A stretch of 64,000 bases of DNA from Alphaproteobacteria bacterium (GTDB lineage: Bacteria > Pseudomonadota > Alphaproteobacteria > Rickettsiales > JABCZZ01). Location: contig JABDCC010000006.1 of the NCBI GenBank assembly GCA_013288335.1, forward strand, positions 4,859 through 68,858, written 5' to 3'. The notes below the pieces were generated by a model. That model ran no database searches. It was given only the letters and a program-made list of their open reading frames with translations, and was not told where the DNA came from. Every line of letters begins with the position of its first letter. Positions within the stretch are counted from its first letter, which is position 1. Both the position numbers and the translations under genes were made by a program. Below, piece by piece: positions 28,298-41,572 of this stretch.

Positions 28298-28353
28298 AGC
28301 CTAACATTAATAGGTTAAGATATTATGAACGCGGGATGAAGTTTTTGTTACGA
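28298..28353 (-). promoter_or_regulatory. Orphan-regulon promoter O2
   Basis: TCGTAAC-aaaa-ACTTCAT-cccg-CGTTCAT-aata-TCTTAAC-N10-TAGGCT (TG-n before the -10). Confidence 0.6.
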
Positions 28354-28368
28354 CCTTTAAGCTACTAA

Positions 28369-30379
<2,011 letters not shown>

Positions 30380-30399
30380 ATTTTCCTCAGTTCAAAATG

Positions 30400-31152
30400 C
30401 TATGCAGCACTTTCTATTATTTTACAAAACTCTTCCGCCTTAAGGCTTGCGCCGCCAACCAGTACCCCGTCAACGCCTTCACTCGCCAGTATTTCACGTG
30501 CATTCTCAGGTTTTACTGAACCGCCATACACAATAGCGGTTTTAACCGCATCGTGTTTCGCCACTGATGTATCATAAGATAGCAGCGAGGCAATAGTTTT
30601 ATGCACCTCCGTAATTTCTGCGAGCGAGGGAGTTTTCCCTGATCCAATTGCCCATACTGGCTCGTAAGCTATTATAAATTTGCTCGAATGGGCAAGCGAA
30701 GGCAGAGAATCCTTGGTTTGCTTGGTTATAGCTTGCAAATATGTACCCGATTCACGCTCCCCGATATTTTCACCCACACATATTACTGGAATAAGCCCGG
30801 CAGATATCGCGGCTTCCGCTTTGTGTTTTACCAATTCACTACTTTCGTTATGCTGTGCACGGCGTTCGGAATGGCCCACAATTACGTATTTGCAACCGGC
30901 TTCGGCAAGCATGAGCGTACTGATGTCACCGGTAAATGCGCCGCCTATTTCATTGCTGCAATCCTGCGCGCCAAGGGCTATTTTTGAAGCTATAAGCTCG
31001 GAAGCTACGATATGCAGGCTGGTAAAAGGAGGAAATACGGCCGTTTTTACATTCTCCGGAATCTTAAAAGCCACGATAGCCTGAGTAAGCTCAATCGCCT
31101 GCTTTTTCTGGCCATGCATTTTCCAGTTGCCGAGTATGTGCTTGATTGTCAT
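30400..31152 (-). CDS. tpiA: Triosephosphate isomerase
   Basis: GNWKM, GHSERR, AYEPVWAIG, LVGGASL. Confidence 0.98.
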   Translation of the reverse strand: MTIKHILGNWKMHGQKKQAIELTQAIVAFKIPENVKTAVFPPFTSLHIVASELIASKIALGAQDCSNEIGGAFTGDISTLMLAEAGCKYVIVGHSERRAQHNESSELVKHKAEAAISAGLIPVICVGENIGERESGTYLQAITKQTKDSLPSLAHSSKFIIAYEPVWAIGSGKTPSLAEITEVHKTIASLLSYDTSVAKHDAVKTAIVYGGSVKPENAREILASEGVDGVLVGGASLKAEEFCKIIESAA

Positions 31153-31245
31153 TCACCTTATATTAAATATCCCTTTTAAAAACGCAATCCTTAGTGTACT
31201 TCAAACACTGAATAATTTTAAACGCCCCGCATTTATAAGGTTGAT

Positions 31246-33165
31246 ATGTTTACTCATTTGCGCGAATCCGCTCAGGGAATTTTTGTAAAAATCCTTCTTG
31301 GCTTGCTGGTCTTAAGCTTTGGCGTCTGGGGCATAGGCGACATGTTCCGCCAAGGTGGTGGCTCAAACTCCGTTGCAACGGTCGGCAAAAACTCCGTATC
31401 CATGGGTGAATACCAACATGCACTCCACAACAAGCAGGAAGAATTACGCCAAAGGCTTGGCAAAGCATACAGCCCTGAGCTTGCCCATAAAATCGGCATT
31501 GAGTCTATGGTGCTGCAGGAACTCGTAAACAATCTCATAATAAACACCGAAGCCACTAATCTTGGGATTGCGGTAAGCGATGAGGATATCGCCCGCGATA
31601 TTGGTAAGAATCCTGCTTTTGCAGATAAAGATGGTCATTTTAACAAAGCCACCTTTCTTGCAATTTTAAAGGAAAATGGCCTGAACGAAGCGCGTTACGT
31701 GAGTGATTTACGCAAAGATATCGCCGCAAGATTGCTGGTTGATACCATCACTTCCGGAATTATTGTGCCCAATACATTAGTGGAAGCCCTTTACAAATCC
31801 CGCGAAGAGCAACGCGCTGCTGACATTATTATGATACCGGCTTCAGCAATTAAGCAGGTACCCACACCCACCGATGCGGAATTGAACACTTATTATACCG
31901 CACATTCACAATCATTTCTCACTCCTGAATACCGTGCCATAAGTTATGTTGAGCTTAAAGCTTCCGACATTGAGTCAAAAATTGAAATCTCCGAAGATGA
32001 AATAAAAAACGCTTACGAAGATCGCATACAGGATTTTCATAAGCCAGAACAGCGTCAGGTTGAGCAAATGTTATTTGAAAAGGAAGCAGATGCTAAAAAA
32101 GCTTCCGATGATCTTGCACACGGTAAGAAATTTGCTGACATAGAAAAAACCGCAAAAATTGTTAATAAAGGAAAAACCTCGTTAGGTCTCGTCACCCAGC
32201 AAGATGTGCCTGCACAAGCTGCTGCCCCAGTATTTGCGCTTACTGAAGGAAGCACTACCAAACCTATACAATCGGATTTTGGCTGGCATATTTTTTATGT
32301 AAGCAAGATTGTTCCGGAAGGCAACGCACCGCTTTCTGAAGTACGTACGGAAATTACCAAAGAATTGCGTGCCAAAAAAGCGCAGGAAACTACTACGCGA
32401 CTTGCAAATGAGCTGGAAGACGAACTTGCTAGTGGAAAATCACTCGATGCAGCTGCAGAAAAAATTGGTCAGAAAGTAAATAAATTAGCTGCCATTAATC
32501 ATGAAGGCAAAACGGTTGATGGTAAGAAGGCCACAATTCCCGCTTACGATAACTTCCTGACTACGGCTTTCTCCACAAATGAAAAAGAAAATTCTCAAGC
32601 CCTACAAGCACAGGATGGTTCTTACTTTCTAATCCATGTGGACAACGCTACACCCGAACACGCGCGCCCTCTTGCAGAAGTAAAAGATGCCATCATCACT
32701 GCATTAAAGAAAGATAAAACCGAAGCAATATTGAAAAAGAATGCTGAAGATATTGCCATTGAAATGCGCTCAGGCAAAAAACTTTCCGAAGCGCTTGCAA
32801 AAAACAATATTGCATCCACCAATAATTATACAATCAAACTCAAGCGCAGTGGTGAAATCACTCAAGGTGATAAACATCAGTTACCGGTTAAATTAATTTC
32901 AGAATTATTTAAAGTGGCGCCGGATGAAACCACCCATTCTTATCAAACCCAGAGTGGCGACTATGTAATCGCAACGCTTAAACAAATTACCCCCGCGCCT
33001 GCAACACCTGACCCAAAAGTGCTGAAAGCTATAAGCGATGAACTCAGCAAAACTCTCGCCAATGAAGCCATGGATAGCTATTTTTATTATCTGCATGGCA
33101 AATATAATGTGTCGGTCAATGAATCTGTAATGGGTGCAACCAGAGATGAGGAAGGGGGTGAGTAA
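31246..33165 (+). CDS. ppiD: PpiD-like periplasmic chaperone/PPIase (SurA N domain)
   Basis: N-terminal TM with SFGVWG, parvulin-like SDFGWHI; tpiA/ppiD/trpE synteny. Confidence 0.85.
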   Translation: MFTHLRESAQGIFVKILLGLLVLSFGVWGIGDMFRQGGGSNSVATVGKNSVSMGEYQHALHNKQEELRQRLGKAYSPELAHKIGIESMVLQELVNNLIINTEATNLGIAVSDEDIARDIGKNPAFADKDGHFNKATFLAILKENGLNEARYVSDLRKDIAARLLVDTITSGIIVPNTLVEALYKSREEQRAADIIMIPASAIKQVPTPTDAELNTYYTAHSQSFLTPEYRAISYVELKASDIESKIEISEDEIKNAYEDRIQDFHKPEQRQVEQMLFEKEADAKKASDDLAHGKKFADIEKTAKIVNKGKTSLGLVTQQDVPAQAAAPVFALTEGSTTKPIQSDFGWHIFYVSKIVPEGNAPLSEVRTEITKELRAKKAQETTTRLANELEDELASGKSLDAAAEKIGQKVNKLAAINHEGKTVDGKKATIPAYDNFLTTAFSTNEKENSQALQAQDGSYFLIHVDNATPEHARPLAEVKDAIITALKKDKTEAILKKNAEDIAIEMRSGKKLSEALAKNNIASTNNYTIKLKRSGEITQGDKHQLPVKLISELFKVAPDETTHSYQTQSGDYVIATLKQITPAPATPDPKVLKAISDELSKTLANEAMDSYFYYLHGKYNVSVNESVMGATRDEEGGE

Positions 33166-34667
33166 TGCAATATTCCCTCTCTCCTGCCCTTGCTGATTTC
33201 ACCACACTATTTGATAAAAAAACTCCGCAACTCGTAAGCGCTACCATCATCGCCGATCTGGAAACACCGGTCTCGGCAATGCTCAAATTGCAGCGCATCG
33301 GTGAGCCATGTTTTTTACTGGAATCCGTACTCGGTGGTGAAAATCGTGGACGATATTCGATTATCGGCATTAAGCCAGATTTATACTGGAGATGCCGGGG
33401 CGCTAAGGCAGAAATCAATCGCAAAGGCACCCTTCTCGATAAGGATTTTGAAGAAATAAAAGAAAATAGCCTTACTTCATTAAAATCTTTGATGCGTGAT
33501 TGCTTGCTTGATATTCCAGAAAACCTTCCACCAATGGCAGCAGGACTAATCGGCTATATGGGTTATGATATGGTCAGGCTCATGGAAAATTTACCAGACA
33601 ACAATCCGGATAATATCGGCCTGCCGGATGCCTATTTCATGCGCCCACGAATCATGATTATTTTTGATTCTATCAAGGGCGAACTTCATATCGTAGCACC
33701 ACTTTGGAAAGAACACGGCTTTGCAGACGCAAAAACAGCCTATGAAAATTTAAGTGCGCTCATTGCCTCCATTGCACATAACCTGCAAACATCACTTGCG
33801 GCTGTAACCGACGGCGTGCACCCTGCAACTTCACTTCAATTCTCTTCTAATACTACACGCGCCGAATATCATCAGATGGTGGCCGAGGCCAAAGAATATA
33901 TTATGGCCGGAGATATTTTTCAGGTTGTACCTTCGCAACGTTTCAGCGCAAAATTTGATTTGCCGCATTTTTCGCTTTACCGATCGTTACGTCACTTAAA
34001 TCCTTCACCATTTTTGTTTTATCTCAACTTCGGAAACTTTTCGCTGATTGGCTCAAGCCCCGAGATTCTGGTGCGCTTGCGCGATAATGTCGTGACCATC
34101 CGCCCCATCGCCGGAACACGCAAACGCGGTGCAAATAAAGCAGAAGACAAAAAACTTGCAGAGGATTTGCTTTCCGACCCGAAGGAAATTTCCGAGCATT
34201 TAATGTTACTCGATTTAGGGCGCAATGATGTAGGCCGCGTTACCAAGTTTGGCACGGTCAAAGTGACCGAACAAATGACCATCGAAAATTATTCACACGT
34301 TATGCATATGGTTTCTAATGTCGAAGGTGAAATCGATCCTAAGTACGATGCGATTGACGCGCTCATTGCGGGTTTCCCAGCAGGCACCGTCAGCGGAGCG
34401 CCTAAAATACGCGCAATGGAAATCATTGATGAATTAGAAAAAGAACGTCGCAGTTTTTATGGCGGCTGTGTCGGATATTTCTCAGCCAACGGCTCCATGG
34501 ACACCTGCATAACTTTGCGCACGAGCCTCATAAAAGATGGCGTAGTCTACGCGCAAGCCGGTGGTGGAGTGGTGGCAGACAGCGACCCGGAAGCGGAATA
34601 TCAGGAATCCTGCAATAAGGCGCGCGCCATTATAAGCGCAGCCGAGCAAGCATGGAGGTTCCAATGA
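33165..34667 (+). CDS. trpE: Anthranilate synthase component I
   Basis: DLETPVS, GDIFQVVPSQR, GTVSGAPKIRAM. Confidence 0.97.
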   Translation: MQYSLSPALADFTTLFDKKTPQLVSATIIADLETPVSAMLKLQRIGEPCFLLESVLGGENRGRYSIIGIKPDLYWRCRGAKAEINRKGTLLDKDFEEIKENSLTSLKSLMRDCLLDIPENLPPMAAGLIGYMGYDMVRLMENLPDNNPDNIGLPDAYFMRPRIMIIFDSIKGELHIVAPLWKEHGFADAKTAYENLSALIASIAHNLQTSLAAVTDGVHPATSLQFSSNTTRAEYHQMVAEAKEYIMAGDIFQVVPSQRFSAKFDLPHFSLYRSLRHLNPSPFLFYLNFGNFSLIGSSPEILVRLRDNVVTIRPIAGTRKRGANKAEDKKLAEDLLSDPKEISEHLMLLDLGRNDVGRVTKFGTVKVTEQMTIENYSHVMHMVSNVEGEIDPKYDAIDALIAGFPAGTVSGAPKIRAMEIIDELEKERRSFYGGCVGYFSANGSMDTCITLRTSLIKDGVVYAQAGGGVVADSDPEAEYQESCNKARAIISAAEQAWRFQ

Positions 34668-35230
34668 TACTGCTACTCGATAATTATGACAGTTTTACTT
34701 ATAATCTGCTCCATTACCTCGGCGAGCTTGGAAAAGAAGTAATCGTAAAACGCAATAATATAGTGAGCGTGAAAGAGATAATGGCGATGAAACCTGAAGG
34801 TATCGTTATCTCGCCCGGGCCAGGAATACCCGATGATTCAGGCATATGTATTGAGCTGACAAAAGAGGCTTCCGGAAAAATTCCTATACTCGGTGTGTGC
34901 CTCGGTCACCAAACCATTGGACAAGTTTTTGGCGGCAAAGTGATTCGCGCAAAAAAACCTATGCACGGCAAAATCAGCAAAATCACTCACACCGGTAAAG
35001 GCGTGTTTGCAGGCTTGCCGAATCCATTTAATGCCACCCGTTATCACTCCCTCATTGTTGAAAAAGAATCATTGCCAGATTGTCTGGAAATTACTGCGCA
35101 AACCGAAGACGGTATCATCATGGGTTTGCAGCACAAAGAGTTCAATGTTCACGGCGTACAGTTTCATCCCGAAAGCATTGCCTCCGAACATGGTCATGCG
35201 CTGCTTAAGAATTTTGTTGATAATGTATGA
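34664..35230 (+). CDS. trpG: Anthranilate synthase component II
   Basis: DNYDSFTYNL, SPGPG, GVCLGHQ, QFHPES; ATGA coupling at 34664. Confidence 0.96.
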   Translation: MILLLDNYDSFTYNLLHYLGELGKEVIVKRNNIVSVKEIMAMKPEGIVISPGPGIPDDSGICIELTKEASGKIPILGVCLGHQTIGQVFGGKVIRAKKPMHGKISKITHTGKGVFAGLPNPFNATRYHSLIVEKESLPDCLEITAQTEDGIIMGLQHKEFNVHGVQFHPESIASEHGHALLKNFVDNV

Positions 35231-36252
35231 CGATACAAAAATTCATAGCCCAGATTGCAGACGGGAATAATTTAAGCAAAGATGAAGCCACCCGTCTGTT
35301 TCAGATAATCATGACAGGGGGTGCAACTCCTGCGCATATTGCCGCCATCCTCATGGGATTGCGCTTAAAAGGCGAAACAGTGGATGAAATCACCGGTGCC
35401 ACCATCACCATGCGCGCCAAAATGGATACCATAATTGCGCCGCCGGGTGCCATTGATGTGTGCGGAACCGGAGGTGATGCGAGCAAGTTCAGTGGTGGCA
35501 CATTGAATGTGTCAACCGCAGTGGCGCTCGTTGTTGCAGCTTGTGGTGTACCGGTAGCAAAACACGGAAACAAATCGGTTTCGTCTTCAAGTGGTTCTGC
35601 CGATGTGCTTTCCGGCCTTGGTGTCAACGTTAAGGCAAATAAAGATACTGTGCAGAAATCTCTGAATGAAGCAGGAATCTGCTTTATGTTTGCTCCTCTT
35701 TACCACAAGGCAATGCGCCACGTTGCACCGATTCGTCAGGAGCTTGGGATACGAACCATATTTAACCTGCTTGGGCCTATAGTAAATCCGGCAAATCCCA
35801 AACGTCAGCTTCTTGGTGTGTACGACAAAAAATTGCTGCAGCCTATGGCAGAAGTTTTACGCAATCTCGGTAGTGAAAAAGCCTGGATAGTATGCGGGAC
35901 TGACGGAATGGATGAAATTACACTCACTGGCACTTCATATATCGCAGAACTTATGAACAATGAAATCCGCCATTTCGAAATATCCCCCGAAGAAGCTGGC
36001 CTTGAAATATGTAGTGCCGATGCGTTAAAAGGAAAAGATCCAGCAGGCAATGCAAAAGAATTGGGCTTGCTACTTGGCGGAAAAAAATCTGCGTATCGCG
36101 ATATTGTACTTTTAAATGCCGCCGCTGCGCTTATAGTTTCTGATAAAGCCAAGCATTTAAAAGAGGGTGTGGCAATCGCAGCAGACGTTATTGATAGCGG
36201 CAAAGCTCGGGAAACACTTGCTAACCTTGTCAGGATTACCAATATTCCATGA
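35227..36252 (+). CDS. trpD: Anthranilate phosphoribosyltransferase
   Basis: DVCGTGGD, AKHGN, SGSADVL, RTIFNLLGP. Confidence 0.97.
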   Translation: MTIQKFIAQIADGNNLSKDEATRLFQIIMTGGATPAHIAAILMGLRLKGETVDEITGATITMRAKMDTIIAPPGAIDVCGTGGDASKFSGGTLNVSTAVALVVAACGVPVAKHGNKSVSSSSGSADVLSGLGVNVKANKDTVQKSLNEAGICFMFAPLYHKAMRHVAPIRQELGIRTIFNLLGPIVNPANPKRQLLGVYDKKLLQPMAEVLRNLGSEKAWIVCGTDGMDEITLTGTSYIAELMNNEIRHFEISPEEAGLEICSADALKGKDPAGNAKELGLLLGGKKSAYRDIVLLNAAAALIVSDKAKHLKEGVAIAADVIDSGKARETLANLVRITNIP

Positions 36253-37031
36253 ATAATGTTCTTTCAGAAATCTGCGATGTAAAACGTGAGCACATAGCCG
36301 CACAGAAATTATTGCGCAGTGAGAATGAGTTAATAAACGCGATCCGCCATTTATCCCCCACCAGAGGTTTTAAGCAGGCATTGTTAAATCAAAAAACCAG
36401 CCTTATTGCCGAGATAAAAAAAGCATCGCCCAGCAAGGGAGTAATACGCACTGATTTTGATCCGGTGAATCTTGCCATTTCCTACCAGGCGGGAGGTGCA
36501 GCATGTCTTTCAATTTTAACTGATGTTCCCTATTTTCAGGGGGATGATTCCTATCTTATGGCAGCGCGTAATGCTGTAAAATTACCCGTACTGCGCAAAG
36601 ATTTTATGTTGGATTCGTACCAGATTGCAGAATCGAGAATGTTAGGCGCCGATTGTGTATTACTTATAATGGCAGCGCTTTCCGATTCCCGGGCAAAAGA
36701 ACTTGAACAGGCAGCACAGGGATTTGGCATGGATGTTCTGATAGAAGTGCATGATGAAGCGGAATTAAAGCGTGCACTGACTCTTAAATCACACCTTATA
36801 GGAATTAATAACCGGGACTTGAAAACGCTGGAAGTTGATCTAAATACTAGTGAGCGGTTGGTGAAATCCATCCCTGCTGGTTATGTTACGGTCTGTGAAA
36901 GTGGAATCAGTACCTATTCCGATATTTTGCGTATGAAAAATGTTGGAATAAATTGTTTTCTTGTCGGAGAATCATTAATGCGCCAGAATGACGTAACACT
37001 TGCCACGAAAAAACTTTTGGGCAACATTTAA
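36249..37031 (+). CDS. trpC: Indole-3-glycerol-phosphate synthase
   Basis: IAEIKKASPSKG, LRKDF, GINNRDL, ESGI. Confidence 0.97.
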   Translation: MNNVLSEICDVKREHIAAQKLLRSENELINAIRHLSPTRGFKQALLNQKTSLIAEIKKASPSKGVIRTDFDPVNLAISYQAGGAACLSILTDVPYFQGDDSYLMAARNAVKLPVLRKDFMLDSYQIAESRMLGADCVLLIMAALSDSRAKELEQAAQGFGMDVLIEVHDEAELKRALTLKSHLIGINNRDLKTLEVDLNTSERLVKSIPAGYVTVCESGISTYSDILRMKNVGINCFLVGESLMRQNDVTLATKKLLGNI

Positions 37032-37049
37032 AGTATTCAGGGGGTTTTT

Positions 37050-37751
37050 ATGTATGAAATCAGTATAATAGATATTGTTTCACCCATCTGGTTTTTTGCC
37101 TGCTGGATAGGCTATTCCTTGTTTGCAGAACATAAAAGCAAGAGCAAAAGTTCGCTCCTAAGTGTTATTAATGAATATCGTCTTGCCTGGATGCATCAGA
37201 TGTTAAAACGCGAAAACAGAATGATGGATGCTACCTTGATTGGCAATCTTCTGCGCAGTATTTCCTTTTTTGCAAGTACCACTATTTTTATTGTTCTGGG
37301 TCTTTTTACCCTTCTTAAATACCGCGACGAAGCTTCAGGTATTTTAACTTCAATACCTTATGCGTCACCCACGACTCCAATCCTATGGGAAGTAAAAATA
37401 TTCTTACTGGTGGTTATTTTCATATATACATTCTTTAAATATACATGGTCTTTGCGCCAGTATAATTATGCCTGTGCAATTGTTGGTGCTGCTCCTATGG
37501 CGCATGATCAGAATGTAGACAGGGAAACATATGCAGTAAACAGCGCCAAACTTATTGGCAATGCCGCCAAACATTTTAATATGGGCTTACGTGCTTATTA
37601 TTTTGGGCTTGCTGCACTTTCCTGGTTTGTAAATGGCTGGGCATTTATTTTTGTATCAAGCTTCGTGGTATGGGTACTTTACCGACGCGAATTCCGCTCC
37701 CTGGCGCTCAAATATATGAACGACGCCGCAATTTTCAGAACCAAAAAGTAA
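37050..37751 (+). CDS. DUF599-family membrane protein
   Basis: R..WM..M..RE.R..D, FFAST, F.W.LRQ.NY, FN.GLRAYYF. Confidence 0.8.
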   Translation: MYEISIIDIVSPIWFFACWIGYSLFAEHKSKSKSSLLSVINEYRLAWMHQMLKRENRMMDATLIGNLLRSISFFASTTIFIVLGLFTLLKYRDEASGILTSIPYASPTTPILWEVKIFLLVVIFIYTFFKYTWSLRQYNYACAIVGAAPMAHDQNVDRETYAVNSAKLIGNAAKHFNMGLRAYYFGLAALSWFVNGWAFIFVSSFVVWVLYRREFRSLALKYMNDAAIFRTKK

Positions 37752-37753
37752 GA

Positions 37754-39184
37754 CTACTGCCGTACATTAGCCGGCGGGGCAAACAGAGCATTGCTATTTG
37801 AATTAGGCGCAGCAGGAGAACTATCTACAGTTGGCGGAAGAGCAGGTTTGCTTGCATCAGCATCTGGGGTAGCCAAAACAGGTTTATCCGTCTGCATATC
37901 CTGAGGAGCAGTAACTGGCTTGGTGTCTTGAACAGCCGGTTCAGCTACAGCGGGTTTATCGGTTTTGTCATCTTTGGGAGAGTAAGAATACTTATCTGAT
38001 GTAGCGTCTTGTGGAGTTGCCGCATCAGGAGACTTTATTTCCTGTGGCTTCTCTTTCGCTAAATCAACAACCGGAGCAGTGGAGGCCGGAGCCGGGGGTG
38101 ATTCCTGCTGCACCGGGGCTTTTACAGCAGGTGCGTCCGCAACAGGCTTTGATTCAGGAGTAGGAGCTGTTACCTCTATAGGTAATGCTGGCACTGGCAA
38201 CGAGGTTGTGTTTTCGTTCTCTTTAAATAATTCTTTATCCCCAGTGATATTGGCAGGCGCTATATCATGATGCTCACCGGAATTGGCCTCCGACGAATTA
38301 TCCTCAGTCACCGCATTGAGATTCTTCCAGGCACGCTCATAATAAACCGGGCTCTGAGTCAAAGCCATATTCAGGTAACTTTTGGCAAGTTCCTTATTTT
38401 TTGAAAGATAGGCATAAAAACCCATATTATTATATAATGCAGCTTTGCTTAAATGAGGTGCCGCAGTTTGTTCAGCGTCATCTAACCTGCCTGCAATGGC
38501 GTAAACCAGCGCTAAGTTGAGATCAATTCTTTTAATTTCAGGACTAGTGCTTGGCAGAAAATGTCTTGCATGGGTAAAGCACTCTATAGAAGCGTCGTAT
38601 TGCTTATCCATAGCAAGCGCAAGTGCCAGGTTATTGAGAATACTTGGGTTATCAGGGCTCGCTTTCAGGGCCTCGTTATAATAAGAAATAGCTTGGGCAT
38701 CCATTTTCTTGACCGCAAACATAATGCCTATGGCATTTAATGTGCGCCAGCGCTTGCCATCAATGCTCATAACCTGATCAAAAGTTTTACTGGCCTCAGA
38801 AAATTCACCTATATTCATAAGAATGAGGCCTTTAACTTCCAGGGCGGTGGCGTTTTTGCCATCTTTTTTCACTACAGCATTAATGATCTTCAGACCATCT
38901 TCATTATCACCTGATCGGCGCAAACTATCAGCAAGTGCAATGGAGTACTCGCTATTATTAGGGTTTTTGTCAGAAAGCTGCTTATACATTTGCGCCGCGC
39001 GCTTAAAATCACCTAGGCTAACTGCTTGCTCGGCCTGAGTATTCAGAGTCTTATCAATAGAGCCCGGCTCAGGCCCTTTTAGTTTCTCTAATTCGGCAGC
39101 GTTCTCAACAGCAGAGTGCGGCTGAAGCGAGCAAGACGAAATAACTAGCGCGAAAATACCGATGAGTGTTGCAGCAAGACGCAT
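37754..39184 (-). CDS. TPR lipoprotein (TadD/CpaO-like) with long Pro/Ala-rich tail
   Basis: Lipobox ISSC; TPRs (LNNLALA, NLALVY..AG); low-complexity C-terminus. Confidence 0.7.
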   Translation of the reverse strand: MRLAATLIGIFALVISSCSLQPHSAVENAAELEKLKGPEPGSIDKTLNTQAEQAVSLGDFKRAAQMYKQLSDKNPNNSEYSIALADSLRRSGDNEDGLKIINAVVKKDGKNATALEVKGLILMNIGEFSEASKTFDQVMSIDGKRWRTLNAIGIMFAVKKMDAQAISYYNEALKASPDNPSILNNLALALAMDKQYDASIECFTHARHFLPSTSPEIKRIDLNLALVYAIAGRLDDAEQTAAPHLSKAALYNNMGFYAYLSKNKELAKSYLNMALTQSPVYYERAWKNLNAVTEDNSSEANSGEHHDIAPANITGDKELFKENENTTSLPVPALPIEVTAPTPESKPVADAPAVKAPVQQESPPAPASTAPVVDLAKEKPQEIKSPDAATPQDATSDKYSYSPKDDKTDKPAVAEPAVQDTKPVTAPQDMQTDKPVLATPDADASKPALPPTVDSSPAAPNSNSNALFAPPANVRQ

Positions 39185-39259
39185 TTTATGCCATTACCTT
39201 ATTTGACTGAAGTCGAAGCGGGACTATACTATCTGACAGAGAGTATCACAAGTGGTAAC

Positions 39260-40219
39260 ATGGGCGACAAATTAAAAAATAAAATAAATACAGCTTATCC
39301 GCACCGTCACCTGCTCGGCATTGAAGGCATTTCCAGAGAAAATATCAATCACATACTCGATTTGGCAGAAAGCTATATTGAGAAAAATCGCCAGATTGAT
39401 AAAAAACATGTAATCCTCAAAGGCCGCACCCTCATTAATTTATTCTTTGAGAACTCTACCCGCACACGCATGTCGTTTGAGCTTGCCGGAAAGAGGCTCG
39501 GAGCCGATGTTATTAACATGTCCGTTGCCACTTCTTCGGTAAAAAAAGGTGAAACTTTAATAGATACGGCGATGACTTTGAACGCCATGCATCCCGATTT
39601 TATCGTCGCCCGCCACCCGGAAAGCGGCGCGGTGCATCTGCTTTCACGTAAAGTGAACTGTGCAGTTATCAATGCTGGCGACGGCAGCCATGAGCACCCG
39701 ACGCAAGCGTTGCTCGACGCACTCACCATCCGCCGTAAAAAAGGCCGGATTGAAGGACTCACCGTTGCCATATGTGGCGACATTCTTCACAGCCGAGTTG
39801 CGCGTTCCAATATATTACTGCTGAACGCTATGGGCGCAAAGGTCAGGATTATCGCACCTCCTACCCTGATGCCGGCGCAAGCGGAAAAGCTCGGCGCGAA
39901 AGTATTTTACGACATGCGCGAAGGCATAAAAGATTGTGATATTATTATGATGCTGCGCTTGCAGTTAGAGCGCATGGAAACCAATTTTATCCCCTCGGTG
40001 CGCGAATATTTCCACTTCTGGGGGCTGGATGAAGAAAAACTCGCACTTGCCAAACCCGATGCGCTGATTATGCACCCTGGCCCCATCAACCGCGGCGTGG
40101 AGATTGATACTAAACTTGCCGATGATTTAAATCGCAGTGTCATTCTCGATCAGGTGGAAATGGGAGTTGCGGTGCGCCAGGCAGTGCTTGAAATTTTGTC
40201 ACATACTTTGCAGGAATGA
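39260..40219 (+). CDS. pyrB: Aspartate carbamoyltransferase
   Basis: [27 protein letters not shown]. Confidence 0.98.
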   Translation: MGDKLKNKINTAYPHRHLLGIEGISRENINHILDLAESYIEKNRQIDKKHVILKGRTLINLFFENSTRTRMSFELAGKRLGADVINMSVATSSVKKGETLIDTAMTLNAMHPDFIVARHPESGAVHLLSRKVNCAVINAGDGSHEHPTQALLDALTIRRKKGRIEGLTVAICGDILHSRVARSNILLLNAMGAKVRIIAPPTLMPAQAEKLGAKVFYDMREGIKDCDIIMMLRLQLERMETNFIPSVREYFHFWGLDEEKLALAKPDALIMHPGPINRGVEIDTKLADDLNRSVILDQVEMGVAVRQAVLEILSHTLQE

Positions 40220-40228
40220 TTAAAAGAA

Positions 40229-41563
40229 ATGACTAAACAAATTTTTACAAAACCCACTCACCACCTTGATCCGAGCCATAAAGTGGCCTATACCAACGCA
40301 AGGCTGTTTGATGCGGAAAGCGGACTGGATGCAAAAGGCGAGTTACTCACTATTGGCAGCACCATCGCCGATTTTGGCCCTGCAATTTTCAAAGATGGCA
40401 TTCCGCAAGGTGCCAAAGTCATTGATTGTAAAGGTCACCTGCTGACCCCGGGATTACTCGATATCCAAGTGCATTTCCGCGAACCGGGTCAAGAATATAA
40501 AGAAACGATTGAAACCGGAAGTAAATCAGCAGCATCAGGCGGTGTAACCACCGTTGCCTGCATGCCCAACACCAAGCCGGTGATTGACGATGTATCCGTT
40601 GTCACTTTCATCCATCGCCGCGCGCGTGAAACCGGCTATGTGAATGTCCGCACTTACGGTGCCATCAGCAAAGGTATGAAGGGTGAAGCGTTGACCGAAA
40701 TGGGCTTACTCAAAGAAGCGGGTGTTGTCGGCTTTACCGATGACGGATTACCAGTCATGAATGCTCTACTGATGCGCCGTGCACTGGCTTACGCGCGCGA
40801 ACTTGGCGTGCCGGTCGCACAACATGCGGAAGATTTAAATTTAAGCGCGCATGGCTGCATGAATGAAGGTGCAGTTTCCGCACGGCTTGGCCTACCCGGA
40901 ATTCCCAATGCCTCCGAAGCAGTGATTGTGGAGCGCGATATTATATTAGCCGAGCTTACCGGCGGACAATACCATGTGCTCCATATTTCCACCGCCGAAG
41001 CGGTAGATGCCGTGCGCCGTGCTAAAAAGAAAGGCTTGAAGGTTACTGCCGAAGCCGCTCCGCATCATTTTTGCTTAACCGATGAAGCAGTGGCTGAATA
41101 CCGCACTTTCTGCAAAATGAATCCACCACTACGCGCTGAAAAAGATCGGCTCGCAATTATTGAAGGCCTGAAAGACGGTACGATTGACGCAATTGCCACC
41201 GACCACGCCCCGCATGACGAAGAAAGCAAACGTGTGCCGATGACACACGCAGCATTTGGTATTGTTGGCTTAGAGACCATGCTGCCGCTCTCGCTCTCGC
41301 TTTATCATAATAAAATTATGCCGCTGCGCGATGTGATCGCAGCGATGACTTATAAACCCGCTGATATTATCCATGTGCCAGGAGGCAGGCTTAAAAAAGG
41401 CGCCCCTGCCGATTTAACCCTGATTGATCTGGATAGAAACTGGACGCTGGAGCCCGAAAGCTTTGTCAGTAAATCGCAGAATTCACCGTTTGATCACTGG
41501 AAAACCAAAGGCCGCGCGATATTGACCGTAGTAGGTGGTGAAGTGGTGTATGAGCTCAGTTAG
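40229..41563 (+). CDS. pyrC: Dihydroorotase (type I)
   Basis: DIQVHFREPG (first metal His replaced by Gln), MPNT.P, KMNPPLR, ATDHAPH. Confidence 0.93.
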   Translation: MTKQIFTKPTHHLDPSHKVAYTNARLFDAESGLDAKGELLTIGSTIADFGPAIFKDGIPQGAKVIDCKGHLLTPGLLDIQVHFREPGQEYKETIETGSKSAASGGVTTVACMPNTKPVIDDVSVVTFIHRRARETGYVNVRTYGAISKGMKGEALTEMGLLKEAGVVGFTDDGLPVMNALLMRRALAYARELGVPVAQHAEDLNLSAHGCMNEGAVSARLGLPGIPNASEAVIVERDIILAELTGGQYHVLHISTAEAVDAVRRAKKKGLKVTAEAAPHHFCLTDEAVAEYRTFCKMNPPLRAEKDRLAIIEGLKDGTIDAIATDHAPHDEESKRVPMTHAAFGIVGLETMLPLSLSLYHNKIMPLRDVIAAMTYKPADIIHVPGGRLKKGAPADLTLIDLDRNWTLEPESFVSKSQNSPFDHWKTKGRAILTVVGGEVVYELS

Positions 41564-41572
41564 AAAATCTAA

